Shown here piece after piece: positions 35,728 to 49,867 of a DNA stretch of 64,000 nt. The notes beneath the pieces were generated by a model that was not told the DNA's origin, did not search any database, and saw nothing but the letters and a program-made list of their open reading frames with translations. Position 1 is the first letter of the stretch; the number at the start of each line of letters is the position of its first letter. Location of the stretch: assembly GCA_040954595.2 (NCBI GenBank), contig CM082593.2, forward strand, positions 8,468,043 to 8,532,042. The letters are read 5' to 3'. The position numbers and the translations under genes are program-made. This DNA is from Balanoglossus misakiensis. Taxonomy: Eukaryota; Animalia; Hemichordata.

Positions 35728-36235
35728 TGGTCTTGTATGTATGACATAGTAGGCATTGGATATACATTAGCTTGCAGTGGTAGTTTGGATAATGTCTGTC
35801 GCCTTTGGATCTGATGATTCACAAATCATAGACAAGAAAAAATTTAAATATATCTGACATACAAGGGATTTCATTTACATGGTAAATGGCTAGAGTAAAC
35901 TGAGATTGTTATGCTGAAGTCGGCGTCTGGTTACGTTCATTTTGATCATTCGAACTGATTTAGAGCTATCCAGCTGCGGGCCGGGTAACTTCAGTTGACA
36001 CCAGACGCGTCGTGTTGACCTCTTGACCCCCAGTGGCGTGTTAACGTGTCTAACATAGCGTGACCGTAGCCATATTTACGTGCAGGCGATGTCATACTCG
36101 TTATCTTTATGATCGGAGTTCTTCCACAAATCATGCCAGGTCTGTTTATTCCCGCCCGGACTCCCGCCCTGAAAAACTTTCCTATAGGCCCCTACTTTGG
36201 CAAGGCAGCATTACCGCGTTTATAGCACCGACTTA

Positions 36236-36748
36236 TTAAAGGCACGTAAGCTGTAACTTTTGGGATAATTTTCATAATTTTTGTTTCACACTGCACTACC
36301 ATTAGTCCATGCAGATGAAGGCAGTGAACTATTCACAAGCATTATAAACCCTAAATATGAGTGCATATGCAAGTTTTAACCAGATAAATAATAAAGCTTT
36401 GCCGCAAGCGATTATGGCCGCCACCGTGGGAAAATGAAAGAAACAATGAAAATGTCGCATTTCCGGCTGTGAAACTTCATAAACAAAACATGATCTCATC
36501 CACTTGAGCTCATGGAAGTAAATGTACACCACTGAGACATCAGATTTTCATTTTTCATTGCAATATTGCACTTTTTTTAAAAATTTCAGGAATTTTTGTT
36601 TTTCTTTAATTTTTGACCATTTTGTCATAAATAAGTGTTGAGCTTGATATATTATCATGAAATATCATTTAATAGATATAATTAAAAGCATATATGAGAT
36701 TATTTAAAACTTTAATTTTTTATCCAGTTGCAGCTTACGTGCCTTTAA
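36236..36748. mobile_element. TTAA-flanked MITE
   Basis: ttaaaggcacgtaagctg...cagcttacgtgcctttaa. Confidence 0.8.
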
Positions 36749-36844
36749 GGCATTATCCTACATATGTCGAGATGACCCTCGCTCGAGATTTTGCCCGGTA
36801 TTCCTACTGGATGTTGGTACACAGGGGCCTGTCCCTCCGCGATT

Positions 36845-37570
36845 TTGTTTGTTTGTTGTTGTTGTTGATGATTTTTGGCATAATAAACAAATACATATTT
36901 CTTTATTAATAAATATGGTTTGTTGACATGTAAGGGTTAGGGTATATTCGACAGGTTAGGGTATTATCAACGGTTAGGATTTGTGTTGGCATTTTTTTCG
37001 ATCCACGGCCCCGGGCATATCCAGTGTTCGAAATTCATAGGAAATATCAACCAGTCACCAGGACTGGCAACTTCAAAAAGTTGCCAGTCCTGCCAAAAAC
37101 TTACCAGTCCTGAAATTATGCCTTACAATTAAATGTAAATGTAAATCAAATACAACTGTGAACAATTGAAGATGGGATGGAATCATATTTCTCTTAACAT
37201 TACTTTGATTTGATAATTTTCAAGCTTTTACATCATTGTTTCTTTTATTTGCAATACATGAACTGGGGAAAGTCTAAAAGATGCCATGATACCATTGGTC
37301 AACTCCCATGCTTAATTCAACCTGTCTGTCGGACTGGTAACATTTTATTTTTACCAGTCCTACAGAAAAACAACCAGTCTCGGACTGTCGGACAGGCTTT
37401 ATTTCGTACACTGGCATATCACTAAGCCTCTTTATGGCTTAGTGATATGTCCGGGCCCGTGGATCGAAAAAATCCCAACACTAACCCTAACCTGTCGAAT
37501 ATACCCTAACCCTTACATGTCAACAAACCATATTTATTAATAAAGAAATATGTTTTTGTTTATTATGCCA

Positions 37571-37631
<61 letters not shown>

Positions 37632-37668
37632 ACAACAACAACAACAACAACAACAAACAAACAAACAA
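36845..37668. repeat. Foldback element with microsatellite-ended arms
   Basis: 36845-37021 is the reverse complement of ~37445-37668. The right arm has expanded (cat)n(aac)n(aaac)n. Confidence 0.8.
37022..37413. mobile_element. CAGTG...CACTG MITE (P- or hAT-like) nested in the foldback
   Basis: TIR cagtgttcgaaat...atttcgtacactg with a 7-bp TSD gcatatc and subterminal ccagtcc repeats. Confidence 0.8.
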
Positions 37669-39602
37669 GGTTTTACCTAAATAATGCAGTCTCATGTAGA
37701 GGCACATGGACTAAATATCATGCATCGGTCCATAGCAACAGAGAAGCCCTTACATATCTGACTAAATTTAAAGTATCCATCATTTCTCAACACACGCGAC
37801 AATGATCAGAATAATTTTATCAGTACGTGTTTATATATGTAAATGATATGTTTATCAATAGGATAGGAAACGAGTGATATGCGTATAGTCTCAGCACATG
37901 CAGCATAGCGAAACAATGAGAGTATCATAAAATTTTGTTTCAAAATGAATTTTTAAATAATAACACCCAATAACTTAAATTTGTTTCTCTGTACACGAAT
38001 CTGAGCTGACAGGAACTCCAAGTGTCGGGATATGACATGAATGTTTCACAATGGAAAGTTGAACTGAATTAGCTATGTTTGAACATAGACCCTTCTCCAG
38101 GGTCTATTAAGTTGGTATTTGAAAATGTTGCAAATAGCCAGCCGGCCAGTTTACGTCGTGATCACTATTAAAACGTTAGTTCTTGGACCACTGTTCAATC
38201 TCTTTACGATGTCTACGCGATACAAATGAGTGAAACGCCACCAATTAAAAAAAATCAACCACAAAAATGATTGGATATTCGGCATGCTATTTTATAATCG
38301 TAACGTCAAAGCTATCATCATTGGAACACGTCACCAATACTCCACGGTGAAACAGGCTACCACAAATTTAGCATATGGCGGGAAGACGTATGTATGCTGT
38401 GCACAGCGAGGGAGACAGCGTGTCTTCATCAGAAGACGTAAAAGACTTGAGCTGAATTTAACACCCCCGAATAATTTCCTATTTGCGTAAGAAGGGAAGG
38501 CATTACTTTGATTTATGCCCCCAAAATATGTTCTTTGAGCCCAGTCGTTTAGTTTTTGCAGATTAAAATTAGCATAATGGACGAGTGGTTATAACCAGTC
38601 TACATCATATGTGAGATCCCGTCTTTGAACGTTTCTACTGACTTACGCGGATATTGATATGCCAACTGGTCGTTGGCTAGATAAAAGGCACATTCGCCGC
38701 GTTCGCGATTAACCCACGCCATTTTCTCGGTTTTTACCGTTCCCGTGAGAATAATATCGCTGAAACTCGCTCATCAATTTTCCCGAAAGGAAACCGTCCT
38801 ATTTTTGGCGCGCTTCCAAGTAAGCAACTTTACTTTAAATATTCATAAATATTCAAAGGCGCGTTTTCCTTCCCACATCACGTTTTCTGGAGCACGTCAT
38901 CTTCAGTGTTTGCGTTTAGTGTTCGTCTTTTCAAATTGCCGGATTCGTGGCGCTGAACCTATTCTGTATAATTCATGTGCCTACAAACGCCAGGAGTCTC
39001 GTTGCCTCTGATATTTCCACGTCCTTTCAAAATGCACACCATCTCCAAAGTCGTTACTCACCCATTGCACGATGCTTTGAACGCAACTCGTCGCCGTCAT
39101 CGTTCCATCATGTACCTAGTATATCTGCCGGCTACTGCCACCCTGTGTCACCATCGCTCTGTATCATGTGCATGTCATCTCCAGCCTTCGAGATATTTTC
39201 AAGATAGTCAACACGGTCAAGCTTTCTCGATGCTGTCTTAAAATTCTCCAAATATCTTGTAACTGGTCAAGTCGCACATTAACATTTATGATTACACACC
39301 ATCATTTCTCATTAACAGCACCTACGAAATAACTGTCTAATTTGGAGGGGAAAGAGATTCATTCATCATGTTCATACGCACATACACAAACATACATAGA
39401 TACATACATGAAACAATATCAGACTGCAAGGCTATATTAAAAGCTCAAAATGGAACACTGCGTAGCAGGACTTTGATGTTACCGGTTGCGCCTCCATCCC
39501 TGCCCCGACGCGACGGACCTCGTAAAGTTTGGAAGACGCAGTACCCAAACAAAAGTTAAAATTTGAGAACAATCTTAACGCTGGTGGCGCTTTATTAATC
39601 GC

Positions 39603-42600
39603 GACTTATACTTGAAGACGGACATATGCATTGTGGGAACAGAGCATGCACCAGAGGAAGTCATGGGTACTTGGGGGTCACTGCACATCAGAGTCAAGAT
39701 GGTCACTATTCTCTGCGTTAACTCTATGGGAGACAAATCAAACTGTAATGATTTTTATGAAAATATGACTGTTGAACACAACTTATTTTCTCCGTGTCGC
39801 ATAAGGTGATTGACTTGAACGACATCAGAGTCAAAACCATGTGGTGACCTCGTTGCCGTGACATTGCATTTTGAGTTTTATTGACATGCAGGTCTCCAAA
39901 ATCCAAGAGTTGACTGCATGGCCAGACCCTTGTGTGTGAGTCTATCTAAAAAACACTGGGTATGGAGACCAGGCTACAGAACAGCCAAAGCCGAGAGAAC
40001 AGAATAGCCAAAACTATCACCAGCGCCTAATTCTACATCTGATATTTAATCAGACTGAGGTCATATTCCATATAAACTCACCAAAATGAGTAAATTAGGA
40101 AGAGCATTTTAATCTAACTTTATTGATACAACATATTTTACAACGTACATATATATAATCAACACACCTGAGTTTTGCTTCACAGTGTTGAATAGCCCGG
40201 AGACCAGGGCGTCAGGGAAAAGAAACGCCCGGGGACAGTCTCTATTTACGCACCGAATTCTGTGCGCAGAACGACACGGGTGGTAAATCTTGTGTGTAAG
40301 CTAATTGGTCACTCAATGTAAACCAAATGACATCATCGCATTCTAAATAAGGAAATAGAGGTGGAGTCATGTGTGAAATTCCCGCGATGGGATGTGGGAG
40401 TGGTTTACCAAGCTTTGTTAATTATATCATCCAACCACTGGCGCCCGTCAACATTTGATAGATCACTCGTTATCCATTCGTTACTAAGCGACCCTGATCG
40501 TTGCCAGGGCTACTATCTTTCAGCTCAGCAGGAAATTTCTCGACTGTCCCCGGGTGTTGTATTCTAGATCGACGCCTGGTCTCCGGGCTAAGTGTTGAAT
40601 GTGGGCTTCATCTTCTTGAAGTCCCTCAAACATCCAGTACTTCCAAATTATCAGTGATTTGCTTGAAGAAATTTTAAGAAGTTATACTAAAATGGGACCT
40701 GTAGTCCCATGAATATCACAAATTTATTTTTTTCTCAGCAATTCACACGGACAATTTCGGAGTCTGAATTGTTCCTGTTTCTGTGGTTAATTCCATTTTT
40801 CGATGAATATTTGAATCCATGATTGATTGTTTATTGACAAAAGTGTATGACTGAAATCTACCATTGTAAAAACAGCAAATATGAGAAAATAAAATAACAA
40901 GGCTTTTCTTTAACAATGATTCCATTAAAGGGACAAAGTCTCTCTCTTGCTGCCCCTGTTCCATTAATTATGTTTGATACAAGACACTCTTTATGTTATT
41001 CTACATGTGGATATATAGTGAATCAACGTTCGACCACACACAACTTTCATCCTGTTTGTAGGATATGAGAGTAGACATCTCCCCAAAATGAATAAACGGT
41101 AGAGACTGATTATTTATTTTGGCGAGTTTTTTACTCTCGTGTCTACAAGTGGGATAGAAGTTGTGATTCACTATATATCCACATGTACATTGATATGACG
41201 TATGTATAAAACGTAGCTAATGGAAAAAGGGCAGCGAGAGAGAGAGACTTTGTCGCTTTAATTGTGCCAAAACCTACAAAATTAAAATATCAGCTTTTCA
41301 ACACATTAAACTTAAACAGCTGCACAGCCATTAAAATCAATTAAGTCAGTAAAAGTAAGTCAGTCAAACTGAAATAAATTCTGAAGTACTCTATACATGG
41401 TCAGTTCTTCTATAAATGACAGTTTACAGTTACTTTGCTTTCTACACTTCTGAAACCACAAAGATTGACTGTCATCAAATATAATTTAATACCATGTCAT
41501 GTCATATAGAGTGAAATCTACCACTCTCCAAATACTATCCTGTGACCACACAGGATGAAACAGGTGAGGCCTGACAACCAGTGTGCACTCTAAGCCCATA
41601 TGACCCGCTTCCAACTCAACAAAATCACTGGTGACTCAAGAAAATTATGCATGCTACATGCAAAGGTATAGGGCGGACTCAGGGAAATTTCTAGAAAATC
41701 CTCAAATTGTCTCAAAGATTTTAAAAGTTATGCTGCTCCAAAGCTCTGGAACTCGCTGCTTAATGATATTCGACTAGCACCCAGTCAAGACTCTTTTAAG
41801 AGAAAACTGAAGACAAATTTTTTTGAAAAAGCCTACAGTGTGTGAACAACCATCAGACGCCACTGAACAGAACTTCTGGATATTGGCGCCATATAAATTT
41901 GTTGATTGATTGATTGAAAAGTTATGTTTGTTAGAGGGCACACTGCCCGACGCTCACACTCAAAAATTGACAAGAGACAGTTTGAGTCAATGACAAGTAA
42001 GAGTGCTTTTGCATTTCTATGTTGAAAAGGCAAGAGTTGTCGTTCCAGTCAGGGTCGAATGCATTCAGTTTCTTCTCATATTATTGGTTACAAACATGTA
42101 TCCCACCATCAAATGATAAACTTTTTATCAATTAAAACTTAAAACTCAACACCGAACTTACAAACTTGGTTTTCTATCCCCAAATTAACTCAATTTACCT
42201 GATGCAACTTCATTCCCCTGTCTTGTCTGATTGGTTTTCATGAACCGTTCATTTTTTTCATAAGTTTATAAGAAAATATTAAAACAAAAATATCACTGAT
42301 TTTTATAAATTTAGTTATTTTTAAACATTTTACCAACCTCTTAGCAGATCAATTTATGGACAAGTCACGTGCTTATGTCATGTTAAAGGTATACAGTCAC
42401 CTATGCAAATTTAGCTACAGTTACCACGGAAAATTGAGATCTAGCCAATCATAGATTTTCAGTGGGTGGCACATGCAAAAATAAGAGCGCCACCATATGT
42501 TCTTTAGAACACTCATAAACGCCATTTCAGCCATATATGGGCATATGTAAATTGGCGGTGACAGTGTACCTTTAAACATACCAAAACCTCCCATGGTATT

Positions 42601-43751
42601 TAGGTTCAAAAATAAACTGTGTTTGCAAATGTCTTGTTCACTTGTTACCTACAGCTATCACTATTATTATTCACAACATGCAGTGCAAGAAGAGCAATCA
42701 TACAACCCCCCCCCCCAAATTTTCACAATACAAAAATACTCAATATTCAAAGGTTGTTATATTCAATCCATTCTTACTCACCAAGTGTTTAGCTTTACAG
42801 AACATACACAGTTTTCATAGGATCTGTAGCTTCAATAAAATCTCTAAATAATACTTTCGTCTAGGATCACTGATTGTGTCAACACAGTAGATTTTTTTGC
42901 ATAAGGTTTCACAATCAAGGAACAAGACACATTGTTAATTTCAGGTTTTCAACATAACTTGACAATATTTTTGGTATACAAATGACGATGGCCCTTGGGA
43001 AGAATGATTAAGGGGTTGAATGATTATCGAATAAACACGGTTTTATGTACATTCTTGGAGTTTGGTAAAATTTGGACAGCATGAAATCTCAGTAAGCATT
43101 GCATTTGAGTCGATCCCTTCAGGGTAACTATTGTATACCACAGAGTGTAGTTCAATGACACTGATATCCTAAATTCAGCAATGTATCCAGTTCTATGATT
43201 CCCAAACTTAATGGTATAGAATATAGGATTGCTTTGTTCTGTACGTATATTACAAAATACAACTTGTTCACTCTCAGAGATCATTGTTACGAATAAACCT
43301 GTTGCCTTCCGAGTGTCTGCCGTAGTAAACATAACGGCATTGGCCAAATGTGCCTAGAAAAAAAGCAGAAAAAATAGTTTAGTTGGTTGCTTGACATGGT
43401 TACAAATCCGTGGCACATTTCAGCCATCTAATAAACTGATTTGCATCTTCAAAAAAGAAGATTGAAAAGGACCTAAATTTAAATTTTCAAAAGGTTTCTT
43501 CATCTTGATTATTAAAGCCCCTATAGCTGCCAAATTTCACATATTTTTCCCACAGTAAAGAAGGTTGGATTCAGACAAAGTACAGTAAAATAAAAAAAAA
43601 TTCATCTGACTCACAATTGCTCTTTGCATCTTTAATGTCAGACAACGACAAATTTTCAATAGACTGGGTACAGGTAAGTGAAAAACATATACTGTTCACT
43701 TTATTCTTGTAAAATATCTTAAACTCCTCATTTAGTTTCCTGTGGTCATAT
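39603..43751. repeat. Segmental duplicate (copy 2, native LRMDA 3' region)
   Basis: Collinear with 6358-10795. Confidence 0.95.
40193..40590. mobile_element. TAG...CTA MITE with 9-bp TSD (non-autonomous AcademH-like)
   Basis: TIR tagcccggagaccagg...cctggtctccgggcta. TSD agtgttgaa at 40184-40192 and 40591-40599. The empty site is at ~7389-7397 in copy 1. Confidence 0.93.
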
Positions 43752-46700
43752 TTGCCCATGTGTGCAATGCATGAGATAATGCTGACTCTAAAGGGTGAAT
43801 TAAAATAATCTTTTAAGGATGTATGTTTGTCAAAATTGAAAGTATTGTCATTTCTTTTAATTGTTGATTTTTTGGATTATCCTGTGTATGTATGATCAAA
43901 ATCCATGATAAAATATAGGGGTCACTGCGCTTGTTTTTGAAATACAGAGCCATGAATTAAGTTGATAATAGACGAAAACTGCTGACTCAGCTTTTTCACC
44001 AATGGTTTGTCTATAGGCGAAAATTTTAACGAAGTTTATCTCAAAATAGAGAGCGGTGACCACGCGATTTTATTTGACCAATGAATTTATTTTTACTTGC
44101 CTGAGTTATGTGTAAAATTTCCTATGGGAAAAGACGAGTGCACGTAGCTTTCCGGTTTATGTTCTGCGCGTGCATCCTTAAGGGCCTTACAGTTCTCAAG
44201 TACACACTGTGCTGGAATCAACGAATGATTATGTATCCCAGAATACTGTGTAATTTCCAAAATAGCATAAACTTATTTTGGACTTACCTTTATGTTGGCC
44301 ACCTTCTTTCACTGAACCAGGTAAAGGTGTGTAAGGGCTTGTAGGAGGAGACTGACTTTCTTCACCATCAAACTAATCAGACAAAAAATAGCGAATTTTT
44401 CAGTATTCAGTACGTCATTACAAACATACTAGTACAAAGCAATTTTAGGTGATTATTGAACTCTTTGTCACTATTAAATATCACACTTTTCCAGTTCAGA
44501 ATGTCATATTCTAAAAATGTGGGAAGCTTTATAAGATTTTTACACTAAAAATGAGAAAAATGACGAAAACATTCACCAAAAATAGCCACTTTCTGATATC
44601 TGATAAAAGTCTATATAATGTCTCAATATAAAAGTAAATACAGTAAAACTCCAATTATCCGAACTCCAATTATCCGAACTGTTTGGTTATCCAAACTGCT
44701 GTCATGTCCCCCAAACACTTCTTTTGTATAGGATCGTTATCCGAATAACCGAACTGTCTGCATATCCAAACAAAATCAATGTCCCCCTGTCAGTTCGGAT
44801 AATTGGAGTTTTACTGTACACATCAATCTTCAAAGCAATCTACCAAGTAGTTCTTGAGTTACTGAGTTTTGACTAATTTCACATTTTTCCAGCTCAGTTG
44901 CATATTTTGGCAGTGACATATTCATTTGAACAAATTCCCATGTACAGCCCGGCCTGCATCTACACACCAAATATCGAGGTGATACGCGCAGTGGTTTTTA
45001 AGTTTCTGATGCTGATGGACATAGAGGAGACTAAAACTGGCCAGTTTAGTCTCCTGATGAGTGAGTCCAGTGAATCACAAGACAATGTTGTAGAGATTTT
45101 ACCGCCTATTGTTTCTCCAGCTACCCTTACTTTACAATTACATACATACATACATTATATATGCATGCACTTGCATGCATACAGACAGACAGACAGACAG
45201 ACAGGTATAAATAAAGCAAAAGGAAGAAAATATTAAACACTTACTATTTCCTCAGGAGGTTTAATTATTTTCATGTAAGAACCAACTCTCTTGGCCTCTG
45301 CTTTTTCTGCTGATGTAACAGGTTTTGAATCCAAGAATTTCAAATTAGTGAGTCGACATATCACAAAATATCTGAAAAACAAAAATAATGCTTAGTCACT
45401 TGCAAGTAGGGCTTATGCCACCACAGAAAACAACAAACATAACATTGCTATGGTTACCTGTATCTCTGATAATCCTCTTCATCCTTATCAGAAGATGACA
45501 ACTCATTAGGGCACGCTATGTTACCAAGGAGACTAAGATACGTTAGTGCTGGTAGTTTCTCCTTTATCTTAGCAACAAAGCCGTCAATATCTGTAATGTA
45601 TTTACGTTAAAGAAACTCTGCACTTTTGTCACAATCTTTTCCACATTAAAGATTGCTGCTCTTCCAAATGGGGGGGGGGGGGCGGGGTCGAGTAAAAAGC
45701 AATTATCATACACCTTGATTTGTGTGTCTATATGTAACTCTATGCGAAAACACAATATCACATTTGTGCAATAACTTGCCCCAATCACTTTTCGACACAC
45801 TTTTTCTAAATATAGGCATTCACATGAATAGACAAATTCAAATCACCATTCAAGTCTAGCCAGCTGTTGACTACAACATGACGCAAGCCAGAAATAACAA
45901 CAACACTTAAAATATCAACAAATGTAAATAGCTGGCAAGAATTTCATAGTAATTCTAATTCTGTCAAGGCAGGTAGGAATACTAAACCCACTAGATTAAA
46001 TAAATACAAAATGTTACACTGATTCAAATATACGAATGGACGAGTATAAAATATGACAGTTTAGGTATGCTAACAATATTCATTTGACCAGTTCTACAAT
46101 GCACTGCATGCTACCCATGTTCACTGTAAATCACCAAACACGAAAGGTACATATCATGAGTTGCATCACTAATGTAAAGCAAAACATCCTAGAATATGCC
46201 ACTTTCATATCATTCAATATTGTACAAAAATATGTCATTTTAATATTATCACAAATATTGACAAAATCACACAGTCTAGACTCAGTATCAACAATTATTC
46301 TATATATCATAAACACATGATAAAATACTCTGTGTTGCATATGCCCTAATAACCTTTGACCCCTGTCTGAGTAAACTTTGATTCAATGTCAGTATTTCCT
46401 ACCTGAGATACAGTGGGTGGTACCATTTTTGGTAGAATGTTAAACTGAGTATATTCCTATGGTTGGCATTGCCGTAAAAGTGCACAGGTTTTATGAAATC
46501 TGATACATTATACATTGTGCATTTTCCTTAAATAGGGGAATGACACTGTTATCATCTGATGTTTTGCACAGATACATGATGTAGGTACATTGTGTACCAT
46601 TACATGTGGTCATGCAGACAGTTACAGACAATACATTACAACACAGGTGAACTTAAGTCATGTGCACTATTCAGGTAGACGACAAAATATTGAAAATGGG

Positions 46701-49700
46701 ATGTTGAATTGATGGGGCACCAGAGATGTGTGATGGAGTGGGGAGGAGTGAGGGGGGGGGGGGGGGTAATAACCATTATTACATATGTACCGTCGATTAC
46801 TTGCACCGAGCGCGCGCGTAACATCGGTACTTGCACACAGTGCAATACCAAAAACATTATGCCATACCTGTATGCAAATGAGTGGCCTGTTCACGAAACA
46901 AGCAATATCATTCCGCGGTCTCATTTCTTTCATTTTCGGTCTTTTTTTCAAATGGGATGAACATATGTAATAAAAACAGAACCCCATGTCTCAATCGTGC
47001 CAGCACGGCGTACCGGTAGTATTTGCACTCGTGCTGGCGGTGTATTCTTGCTGCCCCCCGCACTCGCTGTCGCTCGTGCGGAGGACGGGCGCAAGAATAC
47101 ACCGCCAGACACTCGATGCAAATACTACCGTTACGCCGTGCTTGCACGATCGAGCCATGGGGTTCTGTCATAGTCTGGAAAGGCAAAAAAGCATGTTGTC
47201 CTTGCCAGCAACTGGTTGCTACCATTATCTACACTCTTGAAACAAAAGACATACACATGTACCAGTACCAATTACACAATCAAATTCTCCACAACATCAC
47301 AAAAAGCTTCATGACCAGGATGATGCAAAGAAACAGTGATATTTTTAGAGGTCAAACTGGTACATGTAGTGTTTTTTTTGTTTAGCAGCAGAAATACATC
47401 TGAACTATATTCAAATTACAGAATACCAGATGACAATAACAGCTGGTACTTGTTGCAAACTGTGGCAATTCCATATTGAACAGGTTATAGATTTTGAATT
47501 CTGAAAATATTGTCTTGCAATAAAATTGATGATATGTGATGAGGTCAGATAAAGTCTGGGGTGCTACCCCTAAATACATTCTATGCTGTCAGTGTGTGTA
47601 TAAAATGTTCGGTGTGATAAAATGCGGCCCGGGCATCATCACTATTATGGTCAGAGATCACCATCCCTCGTGCAGGCCAAAAAACATGATTTTGCCCTCG
47701 CTTACATTTTTGCTTATTTAAATATGACCCAGTGAGCTATTTGGCAGTATATCGCAGCATATACTCTATGTGCTGGGATGTATAAACCTAGTGAGTTTCC
47801 AGTCTATGGTTGAATACATATGTTGAGTTGTCAGGCAAGTATGTGGTTGTATACACCCAATGAGCTATAAGACAGTCAGTTCAAGGGACAAAGTCTCTCT
47901 CTCACTGCCCTTGTTCCATTTATTATCTTTGATACAAGACACCATTTATGTTAATGTACATGTGTATATTTAGTGAATGAACATTTAACCACACACATCT
48001 TCCATCTCGCTTGTATTATATAAATTCGCCCAAAATGAATAAATGGTAGAGACCGATTATTCATTTTGGCAAGATTTTTCACTCTCGTGTCTACAAGTGG
48101 GATGGAAGGTGTGTGTGTTGAACGTTGATTCACTATATATCCACTTGTAGACAGACTAACATAAACGGTGTCTTGTATCAAATATAATTAATGGAAAAAG
48201 GCAACAAGAGAGAGACTTTGTCCCTTTAAATGAGCTGTCAGTTATGGTTATAACCAAAAGGCAGGTATTAAAGGATATTCTGTTGTTGTTTAGAGTCAAT
48301 GTCTGCAGACTGTCCATTTGTGGAAACTCCAGGCTGTCATCTAAGTTGTTGTTGTCCACAACAAGTTCTTCCAGAAGTGGGAAACACTCTAATCCAGACA
48401 GAGACCTGTTAAAAGACATGAATACAAATATTGAGTTTTAGCAATAGTGAATGCACTATGGGTGTGTTTGATAGTTTACAAGTAAATAACGAACAACAAT
48501 TAATCGCAATAAGCATTGATCAGACCTTCCCATACAGTCTAGATACATAGAGAAGAAGAATGTTTTACTGTTTATGACAATTTCCTTGATGTTCAAATCT
48601 AGTCAATGACAATTTTGTGCATCATGCAGTGTTTCATCCATGTTATCAGCAGGGGGGGGTATGTCCCCTTTTGCCAGAATATTTGGAGGGATTCCACTCT
48701 GGCAAGGGGGATTAATAGAATCTCACACTCCCAAGGACCTGGGATCGTATTTCTCACATGTGTTGAGGATTTTCTGTCCCAAACAAGCTGCAGGCGAGTG
48801 TGGGACAAAATATCCCCGACGAGTGTGAGAAATATGATCCCAGGTCCTTGGTGTGTGAGATTATTTTTCTCACACGGTCACAAATTAGCCAAATTCATTA
48901 AAAACATTGAATAAATGACTCTGGAACTGTCGTCTGGGGGCACGTTGTAGTTCTGTGCCTGTAATACACATCGCGCCATTGGATAACATTTAGCGCGCGT
49001 AGCGAAAGAACGCTTTGTCAACCAATGAGCGCTCGCGTCATATACAGCTTTCGATTCAGTGAGGGTGTGAGAACAATTTGTTCTCACACTCTGTTCTCAC
49101 ACTCCCAGCGTGCCAGGAGTGTGAGAATGTAATATCTCCAACATGTGAGTGACATCATCTTAAGGGGCACTGGTCCCCCTTGACAAATTGCTTAGGGGGT
49201 GCCAACATGTCAATCCCCCATCCTTCCGTCTAGATGAAAAACTGATCATGTCACTTCAAACACTCTGAGCAGGAAGATGACCCCGTTCATTCAAACTGCA
49301 AACACCTTCCTCATGTTTTTATCATGTATGTCAGTTCTACTAATAAATGTTTCATGTACTTAAGGCCCATATTGGTGATGTATTGAACAGTTATCCGCCC
49401 AGCTATCTTTCTACCTGTGCCAGTATTGTTTTGAACAGCAATTATCAGAAGATGCTATGTGATGATAGCCATTAACCCTTTTACATACTTGTGTCACTAA
49501 GCAAGTATAGCCTTTATTCACACCAGCCCACTCTAGAATAGCTGACCATTTAAGTTTTTGGGGTCAGAATTATGGAACAGGCGTCGTAAAAATAACAGTT
49601 GTCTGAACCACTAGTGCTTGGGACTTTTTATCTCTTTTCAAGAGTTTGTAAATATGCAATCCAAGATGTGTACAATTTCGATTGAATCACAAGCATGCGA

Positions 49701-49836
49701 GTCTGCAGCATTAACTCAAATTTGATTTCTCTGATTTTTGAAATAATCTTTTTATCAGTGTCAGTAGATATGTAAACTGAAATATGTGAAAATGTAAAAT
49801 GAAAAGTTGTCATTGGTCATGGCCAATCTTCATATC

Positions 49837-49867
<31 letters not shown>

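Larger units (their letters stand above)
33015..35810 (-). pseudogene. MAN2A: Golgi alpha-mannosidase II (GH38) 3' fragment, 4 exons (35810-35574, 35203-35089, 34083-33790, 33173-33015)
   Basis: Translations [33 protein letters not shown]; GWLDVFLDRKLEQDDNR..NVFRLLLE; YPSLLS..LNHP..CDLHVLNLR..LHRQGFDC..CSTNQGQ; IEPMEIKAYKLQFH*. It is disabled by a 91-bp exonic insertion and a frameshifting deletion (~25 bp inferred) after QDDNR. No further 5' exons were found. Confidence 0.88.

Noticed and set aside
39061-39321. Possible minus-strand exon (ag...gtgagt) as a further MAN2A exon
   Set aside because: The frames I translated contain stops and show no mannosidase similarity. It could not be assigned.
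43024-43347. 107-aa [12 protein letters not shown]...
   Set aside because: It is an out-of-frame reading of the LRMDA last exon and 3' UTR.
48700-49150. Clustered tgtgagaa/ttctcaca motifs
   Set aside because: Probably a non-autonomous repeat, but no termini or TSD could be defined.
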